64,000 bases of DNA from Entomortierella parvispora E1425 (GCA_020891255.1 BQFW01000005.1:1550001-1614000), one strand, 5' to 3'; counted from the first letter of the stretch, positions 1-14,300 are shown. Translations and numbers: made by a program. The notes: generated from the letters alone by a model not told the origin.

Positions 1-587
1 CCATCCTTTTTATCGACAAGTGGGGACGACGCCCTGTTCTTTTAATTGGTTCTACGTTCATGGCTCTCTGGATGTTCCTCATTGGAGGCCTCATGGGCAA
101 GTTTGGTGAGCCTGCTATCCTTGGAAACAACACGACCACAACCTGGGCCATCCGCAACAACGACGCGGCTTCCCATGCTGTGATCGCTTGCTCTTACCTC
201 TTTGTCTGTTCCTTTGCCATTTCTTGGGGACCTGTCTCGTGGACTTATCCCGCCGAGATTTATCCTCTTCGCATTCGCTCCAAGGCCGTGTCCCTGTCCA
301 CTGCCTCGAACTGGGCCTTCAACTTTGCTCTTGCTTACGCTGTTCCCCCATTGCTCGAGAGCATTCAGTTTAGAACCTATTTCATTTTTGGGGCTTTCTG
401 TGTGGCTATGACGATCCACATTTTCTTCATGTTCCCAGAAACTAAGGGTCGCACTCTGGAGGAGATGGACGAGCTTTTCAATGCCGATGTCCCAGCCTGG
501 AAAACTCGCGCCTTGCCCATTTCCAAGGCCGAGTCTGATGTTGAACAGGTCATGGAGACAAAGTATGAGAAGGCTGAAGTGAGGTAG
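1..587 (+). CDS. MFS sugar porter (hexose transporter family), 3' part; 5' end lies outside the window
   Basis: Frame is open from base 3: IDKWGRRPVLLIG (loop motif), SWGPVSWTYPAEIYPLRIRSKA, and the C-terminal PETKGRTLEEMD signature. Stop TAG at 585-587. Confidence 0.95.
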   Translation, partial: ILFIDKWGRRPVLLIGSTFMALWMFLIGGLMGKFGEPAILGNNTTTTWAIRNNDAASHAVIACSYLFVCSFAISWGPVSWTYPAEIYPLRIRSKAVSLSTASNWAFNFALAYAVPPLLESIQFRTYFIFGAFCVAMTIHIFFMFPETKGRTLEEMDELFNADVPAWKTRALPISKAESDVEQVMETKYEKAEVR

Positions 588-884
588 TACCAAAGTATTA
601 CTAATAGCACTGAAAGTAAATAATACTCCAAACTTGCCCCTTCAACTTTTTGCAAGAGGAGTCGAAGGTCAATAACGTGCTACAAAGCATACATGGAACC
701 ATAGTCGTTAATAGTATTATTGGGCAAGTTGATGTGTCTACGCGTTTTTAGACTTCATCGTTTCTAGTGAACCCCTGATCAACAGGGTAATCTTCATCTA
801 TACGTCATAAGTCGTTTCCAGCGTTCGTTTGCTAACACCGTTGGCTCACTACACTTCATAGCTATCCTTGGCTAGGTCTCCACA

Positions 885-3237
885 TTATTTGCAGTCGTTG
901 TGAATAACATCAGATGTGACCTTTTGCGCGACTGCGTTGACGTTTCTCGAGTAATCACATCCGGCATTGTCTTTATACTTGAGCTGCGTCTTTTGGTTAG
1001 CGCTGCTCAAGGTCTCCGTGTTGGCGCCGTTCTCCCAGAAATAGCCGGATCCATTCTGTGTCTCGGCAAGGCTCGATCTAAAGCTCTTGCCACCACTGTG
1101 GTTGTTGATGGAGGTAGAGATTCCCAAATCAACAGTGGCCGTGATGTTGAAAGAGTTGTCGGCAAACTGAATAAAGGTGACGCGTCCCTGCGACGAAGCC
1201 GTGGATTGGCTGGCATCGGTAGTTGTCACTGGCTTGGGGTGCGAGTGGTGCTGGGACTCAGCCACATTATTCAAGACTTTGGTGGTCTTGCTCGTCACCT
1301 CAATTTTCTCTGACGTACGCTGAGTCCATGTAGCTATCAAAAGAAGAGCGCACAGTTTAGAAAAGAGAATCCTGGGTAGCAACAATAAAATAAAAAAAAT
1401 AAAAAAAGGACTTACAGATGTTGGTGTCGTTCAAATAAGTTTGACCGTTGTGGTATTCAACAGTTCCCTGAACAGTGGTTTCGACCCTGCCCTTGGACGA
1501 CTCTACCCATCCCTGGACAACAAACTTTCGTGAGCTGACAATATCAAATTGGGCATCCAGGGTCTTGTTGTTGACTTTTTCGTGGATCTTCAGAGTTGGC
1601 TCAGGTGCAATCGAGCGATGGGTAAGGCCACCCTTGGTTTGCTTGCTTGCATCGTCCAACCAAAGCTGAAGGTTGGCGTCAATGAACCAGTAGCTTCCAC
1701 TGTTAGCGACCTAGGGATATTGTAGTAGGTGAGGAGCAGTGGCAGGTGAATATTGTTAGAAGGTGGTGGGTCTCCTTAAAGGGGTCGAGAAGTGTAACAA
1801 AAAAAGATATTAATAATACGTACAGCAAGCGAAATATTATGAGATTTTCCGTCAACAAGACCGCCCACGAAGGGGGTGATGTCAAAGTAGTAGGGAGGCA
1901 GGTTGAAAGAGTGGATACCAGTGGAAGGTGTCCACAAAGTAGGGATCTAAATGTTCAAAGAGATTCCGTTTTCAGTTTTCGAACTTCAAAAAAAAAAAAA
2001 AAAAAGGGCAGAGGACGACGACGGAATCTCTACTTACAATGCCGCCTGTGTAAACGGTTGTGAACGGAACATGCACTCCCGACAACTGACCGTCAACAAA
2101 AACCTGAAGTTCACGGTAAGGACCTGTAAGACACCCAAAAAAACCTCCTGTCAGCGAATGGACTTCAGAGCAAAAAAAAAAGGAGGTTGCAGCAGATAAA
2201 TTTTTTTACCGCCGCCGCAAAGGGTGATGCTGGAGTTGCCTGCTAAGGCGACATAGTCGTTAGGGGGGTTCTATTTTCAATGAGGGAGGAAACAAATAAG
2301 TGATGCAGCTCTAAACATGTGAGCAGGAGAGAGAGGCAATGAACGAAAGCGACCGATAGCCTTACAGAGTACCAAAATTCGTCGCATCCATGTCCAGACG
2401 CATAGACTTCGACAACAGCGCGATAAGCATTGGAAGGCACTGTGACCGGAACGCTGGCCACGGCAGTTGGAGAGCTCAGCGTAAACCATCCCGCAGTGTT
2501 GTTGTTCGAGACCAGGGCAGAGATGGGAAGGACGACATCCGGAACCTGAGGACCAGCTGCAGGTGGGTTTTGTCTATTGGCCATCGTGAACGTTGCCGAG
2601 ACAGTGATGTTAAGTGTGGCATTGTAGACAGAGTTGTAAACGTTGTCCAGCTCCATGACAATTTCCTGGGAAGCCTTCAGTAGAGGCAGGATCGATGTAA
2701 TGTCCTTGGTTACACTCCATTCGATCCCAGCAAGCGTAGGTTCGGGGGTCGATGTACGGAGAACTTCGGCCTAACGGTGATGAAGAGAAGGACAGAGTCA
2801 TTAGAATGCATTGGAAGTCTGAAAAATTGCAATTGAGGCGAGAAAGCCAAACTAACCCCTCCGATCCAGATACCAGCGATGCGATCATACTGTCGGCCCC
2901 TCGCTTTTCCAACGAGCTCGAGTGTGACTCGTGCCCACTGAGAGGAGTCGCCGCACTTGCCCGACTTTGGGGGTTGATATGTTCCCACATAAGGTGTTCC
3001 GTAAGAGTTGGCAAAAATGTGCTCGAACAGCTGAACGGTGCAAGACTTAGTGCCATCCAGAGGCTTCAGAGGAACGTCAACCTCAAACGGCACCGAGACG
3101 TTGCTTTTTCTGACGGCATGGTTGAAATCGATGCTCTTTGAGTTCTGAACTGGCACGTGTGGTGGAAGCGGCGACGAACGATGCCCGAACGCGGTGGAGG
3201 CGGCGAGTAAAGCGAAGGCGGGCCAAGTAACACGCAT
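885..3237 (-). CDS. Secreted peptide-N4-(N-acetyl-beta-glucosaminyl)asparagine amidase A (PNGase A / acid PNGase family), multi-exon
   Basis: Signal peptide MRVTWPAFALLAASTAFG. Spliced motifs GRQYDRIAGIWIGG-AEVLRTSTPEP, WSVTKDIT, SGHGCDEFWY, GPYRELQVFVDG, YTGGI-DPYLW and FNLPPYYFDITPF are typical of the almond/Aspergillus PNGase A family. Confidence 0.9.
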
Positions 3238-5070
3238 TTTCGCTTAAAAGTTGAAGGGAAGGAAAGATGGAGTTTTGGAAGACAGAAAGACACCCTTTAT
3301 ATCTCAGTTTGGATTTCGTCCGATAACAGAATTTCTCACGCGAGACTCCAACTGGAGGTGCCAAGGCCAACTTTATTGTGTAGAGGGTAGCTGGATGAAT
3401 TGAGGTGAGGGTGGAAATGCGGTCCGTTGTCTAAGGCTATTTAGGCGCTCGCAAACAGAAGTGATTCAAAACAACGGGGCAGAAAAAGACAGGCTCAGAA
3501 AGCTCACTTTCTTAGAGAAAGAGAATGACAGAAGTTGACCTTTTTCAACTCGCAACAGCAAAAGTTGTCCATCTTTTCGCTCCATCTTTGTGTTCGTCCA
3601 ATTTATATACTTCAGGGCGGAAGGTATTGAGCCCAATCTGTCCCTTTTGCTCAGAAGGAGGGGGGTTCAAAGACACCGTTGAACTCTATGGCGACGTTTT
3701 CAGCTCAGGATTGGCGGAATGATCTAATACTCAATAGAAATGAGCCTCGAGAGAGGGAATGCCTCCCCCAAGGAGGAAAGCAACGGTTTTTCACAAATGA
3801 AAGCGTGCCTGCCCTATGAAAAAAATTAGCCGTGGCTCTTATTTGCTCTTCACTTCGCCCAAAGCAGGAGAATCTGTCGTGTCCATGTTGACAGGATTAA
3901 AGTTCATGGCCATGTTTACGACCAATCAGTCGACAGGATATTTCCCATCGTCTGGTGACAGTGGCAACGGCTCTGGCAAGTAGCATTCGGCACATATTCT
4001 TCTGCTCTACTGCTTCCAACGATATGCGTCTCGGTTGAGTTGATACAACATGACGTACGGTACATACTATACGTACTTACTGAATAGATCTTGAAGCCCT
4101 GGCAAAAGCATTTTAGGTATAGTCTGGCATAAAATCGGCCTATTACCATCGAAGAGGTTATTTGTAGTAATGCAGAGAAGGGCGTACCGTTGTTACATGG
4201 TGCTCAGCGGCGTTGAGAGAATCCTCTCTAGCCAATGAACCACAGGGGGGCCATTGTGCACACACGCAGACAAAAAGCCGACAGAAGAGCATCCAGCAGC
4301 TCTCATATCTTGTTCCAACTTGTTTCTTCCCTTCAGTCATTATTTATTTCCCTCATCTTCACTCGGTTGTTGCCGCGGGATTGGTATTCGCATCCCTGTG
4401 ACACTAAAAGCTCCACATGAACATCGTTCAGAATGGTCCAGCCTCGCTTGTCTAGATCCTTCCACCATACTGTCTGAGAGCCATTATGGGCCATATCAAG
4501 AGCACAAGCTCTTACAAATTTCCTATGTTATCAAGCTCCAGCGCCCTCTTCGTCTAGAGAGATATGTGAGGCTCTTCTCCATCATCTAGGGCTCGAGTCA
4601 CAAGTGCTAATGGTGAGAATGGGGTGGTTTGAGAGTTTGGGGATCTATCTCGAAATGGCTACTGCCTGCAATTCTTTGTATGGGCATTATGTACTGGAAT
4701 CTCCACTGAATGAAGTGTAGGAAAAGATGTCGTCCATTGTCACAGATTTTCTTCCTCTTTAAAGGAGATAAAGTCTGGCATAAAAAGAAAGATGGTGGGC
4801 GATGTTCCACTACGTGAAGGGGTATTAGGTAGCATCGCTGCACTTATGACCTGATCACCTTGCATATTGTAGTACATCATGTGTCAAGATGGAGTTGTCG
4901 TCCGCTGTGTTTGCAGACACGAATCCTCCGAGTGTGGCCAAAAAAAAAAAAAAGGTCCCTTGGTCGCTCTTGAGGCCCTGGAGACGCGTGCTAACGCAGC
5001 CCTTAATTGTGAATTTTGCAGATGACATGCGAGAGAATGCTGCATGCATGATAAACCCCAACCATGCACC

Positions 5071-6235
5071 ATGCTGGAATCACTCACTAACATAGAGTAC
5101 TGGAAGACATTTGTCCTCCCTACGACTTTCTCGCCGGAGCAGATCCCCGACCTCTCGTCCAAAGTTGCCATTGTCACTGGAGGCAACGCAGGGCTCGGGT
5201 ACGAGACCTCTCTAGCCTTGGCTGCTCATGGCGCGCACGTCTTTTTAGCTTGCCGGGACCAAGAAAAAGCCAACGAAGCAATAGAGCGACTGGAGCGCGA
5301 GCTAGCTGAGACTGCACCCCACATTCACCCCAGGATCGAATTCTTGTACTTGGATCTAGCAGATTTGAGATCTGTTGCTCGGTCAGCCAATCAGTTTTTA
5401 GCCAAAGGACTGCCGCTCAACATCCTTGTCAATAACGCAGGCGTGGGCTTGTCGCCTCCCAAGCTGAGCAGGGATGGCATCGAGCTCGTTTTTGCCGTGA
5501 ATCATATGGGGTAAGGAAATTGGTCACCTGGTCGTTCATGTCTCGATAGAGGGTAGAGGCAAGCAAACTCATATGGCTCTCATTAGTCACTTTCTTTTCA
5601 CGCAGCGGTTGTTGTCAAAGCTGATCGACTCCCAGCCATCTCGGATTGTCAACGTTAGTTCCATTGCTCACGAATTTCAGCTACCGCTGGGAGGCATTCA
5701 ATTCGGGACCATAGGACAAGCAGATGCAGAGTCTCCAGCCGTCAATTACAGCCGTTCCAAACTGGCCAATATCTTGTACACAAAGGCACTGTCACGGCGG
5801 CTACGAGCAGACGGTCATGACCGCGTCTTTGTGAATGCTGTCCATCCAGGCTATTGCCTCACAGCAATCGATGATGACAGTGAAAAGACATTGGGCAAGA
5901 TTCTTTCTACAGTTATCATAAAGACTCGCTCTTGGATGGGACGGTCGGCGTCTACAGGAGCAATCAGCCAGATCTACTGTGCATGTGCCAAGGAGATCGA
6001 GGACAAGCAGTTGTCAGGTCGCTATTTTGTGCCTGACGCACATGAACTCCGCCCAAGTAAGAAGCGTAGACAATCGCTCCCCCAAGCTGAAAGCCTCTAC
6101 TAACTATCTATAATTGATTCTTGAACTAAAATAGGTCCATATGCAATGAACAAAGAGCTGCAGGAGAGGCTGTTCAAGTACTCCGAGGATTTTATGGTCA
6201 AGAGGGGACTTCTGTCACATGAACCACGTATGTAA
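5071..6235 (+). CDS. Short-chain dehydrogenase/reductase (retinol dehydrogenase/WWOX-like), 3 exons
   Basis: TGGNAGLG Rossmann motif, NNAG, catalytic YSRSK, VNAVHPG. Introns start near 5512 and 6057. Last exon ends ...HEPRM-TAA at 6233-6235. Confidence 0.92.
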
Positions 6236-6287
6236 AATATAAATCGGCGGTGACTCCGTGTGTAAACTTTTTTATAGTAGTAGTGCC

Positions 6288-7848
6288 CTAGATTAAGTCG
6301 GTGACATTCATGGGCATCTCATCGATCTGCGTGCTGTAGTATTGTTCAATATCGCGCAAGATCTTGATGTCGTCTTGTGTGACAAAGTTGATGGCAACAC
6401 CTTTGCGACCGAAACGTCCAGAACGACCAATGCTAGAAAAAAAAAAGGAAAAAAGAGAGAGTTAGGACTTACTATTCGCTAGCATAAATCGGCAATCACT
6501 TTCTCAAAAACGTACCGATGGATGTAGTTCTCACGATTGCTTGGAAGATCATAGTTGACGACCAAAGAGACCTGCTGAACATCAATACCGCGGGCCCAAA
6601 CATCTGTAGTAATCAGTACTCGACTATGATAAGAGAGTAATGTACACACACTTGTCAGGGTCATTTCTTATAGACATCCAAAGGTCAAAAATACGATGGG
6701 ATGAGATAGGTCACTTACCTAGATCCTTGTCTAAACTCCTGCATAATTGCATCACGTTCCTTTTGAGGCATCTCTCCATGCATAGACGATACTGTGAAAT
6801 TGGCCTCCCTCATCTTGGTTGTCAACCAGTCCACCTTTCTGCGGGTATTGCAGAAGATGACAGCCTGTGTGATTGTCAACGTGTCGTAGAGATCGCAAAG
6901 GGTGTCAAACTTCCAGTCCTCTTTCTCAACAGCAACAAAGAACTGCTTGATTCCCTCCAACGTCAATTCATCACGTTTGACCAAGATACGAATAGGGTCC
7001 GTCATGAACTTGGAAGTCATTTCCAGCACATCATGAGGGAGAGTAGCGGACAAAATAACAACTTGAGTCGAAGGTGGCAAAAAGCGGTAGACATCGTAAA
7101 TCTGATCCTTGAATCCCTGGTTCAAAAGTTCATCAGCCTCATCCAGCACCATCATCTTGATATGGCGTGTCCTGAGGTTGCGGCGACGGATCATATCAAA
7201 GACACGACCAGGTGTTCCAACAACCACATGTTGACCGTGATCCAGCTGGCGAATATCTTCTCCGACGCTTGTTCCTCCAATACAGGCGTGACACTGGACG
7301 TTCATGTAGTCTCCCAAAGCCAGAATAACACTCTGGATTTGAATGGCCAATTCGCGGGTGGGAGCCAGAACCAAGGCTTGTGTCTCACGGATGGAAGTGT
7401 CGATCGATTGCAAAATTGAGATCGAGAATGTGGCGGTCTTTCCTGTTCCAGACTGAGCCTGTGCAATGACATCGCGTCCCTTGACAATGGGGTTAATGGC
7501 ACGCTGTTGGATGGCTGAAGGTCTCTCGAAGTCTACATAGAGCAAGTAGAGGGGTCAATATCCCATATATTCAAACAAGCATCAACGAAAAAAAAATTAA
7601 TGTTTGCTACGACTTACTGTACGCATACACGCCACGAAGTAAGTCGTCCTTCAAGCCGAGAGAGTCAAAAGTTGGCACAACTAGAGGCATAGATTTAGAT
7701 CGGTATCAAGAAACAAAAGGGGGGTCAACAGCTGCTCTATCGTAGATCTGCTACACATGACGATAGATTAGGTAATGACTCTACCCTTGACATCCTCGCT
7801 GGTCTCAAAGACGAGTTTCTCGTCTTGCTTGATGTTGATGCCGGCCAT
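6288..7848 (-). CDS. FAL1: DEAD-box RNA helicase eIF4A-III (exon junction complex core; Fal1)
   Basis: [46 protein letters not shown]. The segments [49 protein letters not shown] and C-terminal [12 protein letters not shown] match eIF4A-III rather than eIF4A1. Confidence 0.96.
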
Positions 7849-8381
7849 TGTTTGATTCCTGATGTCGAGGGTTGACTGGATGGATGGAATGTCAACTGTC
7901 CAATGTTCTCCTTTCTTTCAAATATCGTAACACATGCGCCAAGCAATGTTCCGGTGACGCTCGATCACATGACTTGTATAAGTCGGGGATTCCTATAGAG
8001 GCGCGTGCGTGCGTGCGCTGCAGCAGCCACAAGCGTGGAAATGGCACCCTGCACGCCTTTGTCGCACGGCCTGTTCAGCCTGTCCTTGACACCTGTTCAC
8101 TCTGCTCTGCCTGCATCCTGCCTACCTGTCTCTTTGTCTGCATCTCACGCTTCCTTTCTGCGCCTTGCCTGAATTGGTCCCATCCCCACCTTACGCAACA
8201 CCGCCACGCGGCTCTCTGAGTAGGCAATTCCATCTGTCCTTTTCTCCGCTTTGCCTACTTGGACGACTTTGCCAATTCCACCTTCGCCTCTTTCCTTCGT
8301 CACACCCATAAACCATTATTTTTATCCTCTGTCATATTTCAACCCTATCCCTTGACATTATTCTCCCTTTCTCGCTGACCT

Positions 8382-11300
8382 ATGCCGCCTTACACTGTCA
8401 CGACTTCAATGGACATGGATATCCCAAAGGCAGAGTGGGGAGACCTCTCCACTGAACTCCACAACATCCTTCCTTATGGCGATAGCCTTGCTCAAGAAGC
8501 CAGTAACATGTTGAGCAACATTGTGCACCATTTTGGGCTTTGCCTAAAGTCTGAGGACTGGGCCCCCGGAGCGATCTACTGGGCCAAACAACTAAGCGAG
8601 TATGAGTGTTGCTGATTTTGGCTACTTAGGCAGTGTCGTATATCTGGTGTAGAGAATGAAAGTTGGATTGGATCTGATCGATTCCGCTCCTCAAACGTAG
8701 ATATCTCGATCTAAAGTACACTCTCCCGAAGGAAACTCGTATCGCCTTTGCAAAGGTGTTTTGGGAGCTAACGATGGCTCCCGGTATGGACGCCACGATG
8801 GTGGAAGTCTGGGCACACTATTGCCGCCGATTGCTCAAGTAAGGATAGACAAGAGATGAACGTGGGTGCTTTGTGCGGACCTGCTTTCTACCTCCGTGAT
8901 ATTGAGTCCGAGAGTGACTGTCGGGCAGGCTGTCAGGTTTGATTTTGGTGGCAACATACTCACGTGTCCTTCTACGTTCGATTCATAGAAAAAAGGATCT
9001 GCTAGAAAGAGACGACTTGACCCTACCCTGGCGGCCCGCCTATGACCTCCTAGACAGGATTTTGTTTCCCAAGAACAGGCAAAGAGCACTACTATCGGAA
9101 TCGTATGGATGATTTGCTTTTTGTTGTCACAAAAAAAAACACTCTCTAAACCTTCTGCCACCTTCAATTTTGTTTCTACTTTCTATGACTGTTACCCTCT
9201 TTGCGTTGTCTCGCTCATCGCCCCATTTAATTTGATCCGCACGTCTATTCTTGATTTCACAATCATAGTAAGCGAATGGCCAAGGTCGTCCGCTTGATTG
9301 AGACCGCTCAAAGGTTCGGACTTCTCTGCCTGTGTAGCATTGATTTCTTGCAGGGCCACCACAGCTAACAAATAGACCACTTCTCTAGGTTCTTCTCACA
9401 AGAATCTGCGGACGAAATTCTGGAAGAATTTCTCCCAAAAATGACCACCAGTAATTTGCCTGAACTGCTGAAGGCGCAAACGTATCTTTGCACATTTTTG
9501 CCAACCGACATCGAGACAGGGAAGGATCCACGAGAGTGGATGCCTACTATTTTTAGAATTTGGTCCATGGCTGTGCGGTCGAGTGAGGTTGACCGCAATT
9601 TTCTATCGCTGATCGGTCGTGTTGCAGAGGACAACGTTGGCGTCAAGGACATGTTTACACAAGACCAGGTTCGCACAGTCTTCACTGCCGGTTTGTCTTC
9701 TCTAAACCTTCCAGTCGGCAAAGGGCAACGAACAAACGCAGTGGATTCTGAAGGAGGAACGTCACACAAGGCGGTTGGTAGAAACGATGTAAGTGGCATT
9801 TCTGCCGAGTAAGTCAGTTCACAAGAACGTCAGGGGTCATACTGCCGCAACTCATATGTTTATATCTGTCCATAGATGCGAATGACGTCCTTTGTGATGT
9901 TCATTGTGAACACAATCAATCCTGTCACAGAGAATGCTGCACCAAAGACCTCCACGCTGGCCCATTTACGAGATTTGATCCAGGCGATCGAGTCTTTCTT
10001 TCATCCCTCAAACTCTGGACCTTGGTCGCACGCGCTGGCCTTGTTCCTGCAGTCATTTGCATATGACTTCTTACAGAGGATGAAGCGAGGTAAGAGCATT
10101 CTTGGGCCGTCTTTAGTTGTGCACTGTCATGCTAGTGTCACTGACATTTCTGGATAATATAGAACAGGAAGTTGACTGCACCACACCCATGGAGCTTCGT
10201 CTTACACCAGAAATCAATGACAAGTTTGTGGACATAATCAAAGGCGTTGCATTCCTGTCAATGTTTTCAAAGGATCAAAGGGCTGTGGCACAAACACACA
10301 TGGCATTGCGATACTTGGCATGGATTTCTCCAAAGTTGATCCTCCCTGGTGTACTAGAGAGAGCCTATCCTTCCTTGGAATCTCTTACAGAGACTCATCG
10401 CACCACAAGCGTCATATCTGCACTTGGATCTCTGGCCGTGCCTCTACTGAATCCTCAACACTACCCGCAAGGCGGCAAACATCTCGCCCCTTTGTTGCAT
10501 CTGACAGTGCCGGGGGTGGATTTAAATGATCCAGTCAAGACTTGGTACACACTCATGTTCGTGTCGTCAATGATAGCTACAGTGCCTGTACGGGATTTGA
10601 CCACGACCGGTAGTGCTGGATTTCAATGGGGAGGAATGGACGAAGACATCATGGACTCGGACACTATGGTGGACATTGAAATGGAAGACGCTAATAGGAA
10701 GGCATCCACAGCCGACTTTGAGGAATGGGTCTTCAAGTTCCTTAGAAGGGCTATTGTCATGGTAAGTCGATTGTCTATATTCAGTACCAACGGGGCACTC
10801 GACATTGAACTAATGTTGACTCCTTGCTACCTTGCAGTTTGAAAATTATCCTGATGTGGGACAAGGCACCAAGAACACTGTTGAGAGTTCTGTCACGGGC
10901 ACTGTTTCGGTAAGAATGATAGCAAGCTTCGATGTTATTTGATGTCCCAGTTTCTAACATGAACATTTAGTATTGCTTCGAGGTTCTTTTCAGTCAATTG
11001 TCCAGGCAGCTGTACGACCGTACCACGAAACTTGTTATTGAGCTTGTGGAGTCCACGCCGTTGATCAATGCTTCCAAGGCCATGTCTGCTTTTGTGTCCT
11101 GCTGGGCAAGTGCAGATCGTGAGCACGCTATGGCCAAATTGTTTCCTATTCTGGACCGCCAGATTCGCGCAGAGCTCGAGCATGGCGCAAGCTCTGTACC
11201 CTCTTTGGCCTATTCTAATTTGCAACGCGACAGTTCCTTACATTACTACCAAGAGCTGCTAAACCAGCTGGTTCTTCGTTGCAACATTGTGGGCCATCGC

Positions 11301-14300
11301 GCGGAAATCTCTAGCCTGTTCAAGCTGATGCTTGATAAGTGTCAGGACCGCAGGGGATACAAGCTGGCTGCTAAGCTGATGCTTTCGTCTCTGCAGTCTC
11401 TGCTCTTTACCCATGTCCTTGATATCCGCTCACATGATACCAGTCAATGGGAAGATCAAGGTACGTGACAAAGGTACATCTGTGTTTGTATACTTCATAA
11501 GAACAGCCCACATTGACATATTCTACTTCCTTTAGAATTTATGTCCGAATCGCACAAGCACTGGGGTGCACTTGGAGAACCCGGGTGTGATGATCTGAAG
11601 TGGCACATTCCTTCGAACGAAGAAATCGACTTTGCCATTGAACTGATTGAAACCTTTCACGTTTCTTCCATGGAGCGTGCGCGAGAGCTTATGACATCGA
11701 CAGTGCTCGAGGGCAAGCAGTTATCTATCGAATTCTGTAAATCCATTACCACCATCAAGTCGTTCGTCACTGGTATGGTGACACTGGTCGACGATGACGG
11801 TGATAGCCCGATTTCCAGTGCAAGGTACACACACTCGCTGACAATTGTGATACGGTATCGCTTCTTTGACGCTTTAGCATTGTCTAACTTTAATCGTTTT
11901 ATTAGTCTTGGTGAAGACACAGCTTCCATTCAGCCTTTGAATCGCATCAACGTTGGGTACTGCCTCACAGACCGCAGTGATCCCAGAACCCAAAGGATCC
12001 GTGAGATTCGTGCTGCGACAGGCAACCTTCTCCATGACCTCATGGCGTATTTCCACACTAAGCGAGAAGACGACGTGGAGAACATCAAAGTCTTGGTGAA
12101 GGTATGTATCACGCATAGCTCTGGAAGTGGCGTTTCCTTGTTTTCTGACAATTCCTTTATATCCTTTATAGACTGCACGCGTGTTCCTCTCCAATCATGG
12201 TGTTGATGGAACTGTGTTTGATAACAACAAGAGAGGATACGAATTCCTGAAGCGAGCAATCACACTCCCTGGAAAGAAGAAGGAGTACCCCAGGCTGCTG
12301 CGGTGCAGACGAGCCGCCTTCCAGCACTTTTTGCGATGCAAAGTGAACTCATTCGGTCGCGCAAAGACTGAGCTGCATGACGCGCTGATCATGGATCTTG
12401 TTGACCTGTCCTTGAGTCAATACACGGACGTGAGAAAGTACGTCGTTTGCCATAGGTTACAGGTTCTTGACATTTTCCCATGTTCTTTTATTCTAACAGA
12501 TATATTTATTTGTATGTTTAGGAAGTCGCAACAAGCCCTTCTCCGAGCTATTCGGTGCTACCAGGGTGCCAAGAACCTGGTACTCCCTACATTGCTTAAG
12601 GCACTGGAGAGTTCAAGTAATGTCATGAGACGATAGTGCCTGTATTTTTTTGAATTCTGTTGACCGTATTAACATAATCTTTTTCATCATCAGACAAGGA
12701 TTATGAGCGGATGAAAGGTGCGCTATTCCTACTTAGTGCGAAAACCTTGGCTCTCCCTTGCCTCAGAGATTGGAGGTATGCACCAGAGTATGTCCTTCGA
12801 CTCTGCACAGCCCACCATGCCGACAAGGTACGTATTTATTTCTTGTTTGGTCAAAGTGAGACAAAAAATGAAGGACCCTAGCTAATACTCCATGTCTATT
12901 GCCTATTAGCCGAGCGTACAAACATTGGTCCGAAAGTGCTTCCTGGAATACATCATGAACATGACAAATATGTCGTTCAAGGTTTTGATCAATAGCGACT
13001 TTGCCAGCTCAATTCAGAACTTCGAGGTCACTCATGGTCTCCGAATGGACCCGGACACTCTGATCAGAGCCACGTCAAAGGCGAAAGGACGACGACTCGA
13101 CAACGTCAAAGCTTATGACAACCTTGTAGACACCTTGACCAGCCTGGTCCAGAACGAAGCTTTACATTGGCGATATCAGACGATGGCCATGAGTTTCTTG
13201 GAGCTTTACATGAGGCCCGAGATCCCTGCGAGCTTGGAGCTGACGCAGTTTGAGACTAAGAGTCTGCTGTCCGAGATGCCAATGGTCCGCAAGATTGCTC
13301 TATCTAGTTTAAGCATCATGATGGTCAATATGAAGATCCGAACATTCGGTCAGGGTGACGCTTACAGTCTTATCATTCGAAAGGCGACAAATCCTTTAAA
13401 GCATGTCGTGACTCTCCCAGAGACTATTCCAGACGACTTCACCTGGGAATACTTGAAGGCATCGGTTGCAGAGATTAACTATGATCATCCAGAATTGGGG
13501 TAAAGTTCTTGTTCCACTAGGCCATTGACATTTTGTAGGGCTTTGTTGCTAACTGATTGCTACCCTTGCTTAATAGACTGCTCGATGACTCTATAGCGAC
13601 TGGTTGGCTGGTGTGGCCAAAGTCATTCAAGGCATACTTGCCAAGAACGGACTCCTTTGTGATGCCCGATATCGATCTTGACTCGAGACCTGCTTACGAC
13701 CACCTAGAAAAATTCTTTGGAGAGTCATCCTTCTGGGAAAAGCAAATAGAGTTCATGGCTCAAGAACCTGTTCGAGGAGAACGCCATGATGCATTCAACA
13801 GCGAGCATGCTAGGTTTTTCAAGTCGATTTTCGGTCTGTGGGAGGACAAGTTCCTTGGAGTTGTCTCTCCAGCGATTACAGCTCTTTGTGCTAAATCCGA
13901 GGACAAGAACGCTCAAAGGACAGCTTCGGAGTTGATTGGAGGACTGATTCGAGGTAGTAAGCACTGGAAGAAGGGATCCCTGGACAGCATGTGGTCATGG
14001 CTGACACCTCTGTTGAAGAAGACATTCCAGCAATGCACTCCAGACTCGCTGGTCTATTGGGAGCGATTTGTAAAGTATTGCTGTCTCTTCCGTGATCCAC
14101 GACGTGTCTTGCCTCTGATCACTTTGATCTTCAACACGCCACTGGACAGGGATTCGACTGCTGCCTTCTCGGAATCTAAGAACCTGTTCTTCACGCGTGC
14201 AGTGCTTGTAAGCCTGTCATGGAGGGTGTCATTGCTGACACCTGTTCTACGAGAAGAGTGCCTGCGCCATATCACTCATCCTTACAAGCAGGTTCGCGAG

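Noticed and set aside
3900-4700. Possible gene relics (F-box-like ILPPYCLRAIMGHI at ~4455; intron-like GTAAGT at ~4080 on the - strand)
   Set aside because: Multiple stops, short matches and no coherent frame; too weak to call.
6640-7419. 259-aa + strand ORF
   Set aside because: Antisense shadow of the eIF4A-III exon; no independent motif.
12150-12172. ATATCCTT resembling a U12-type 5' splice site
   Set aside because: It lies at the 3' end of an ordinary GT-AG Blm10 intron, in the polypyrimidine tract.
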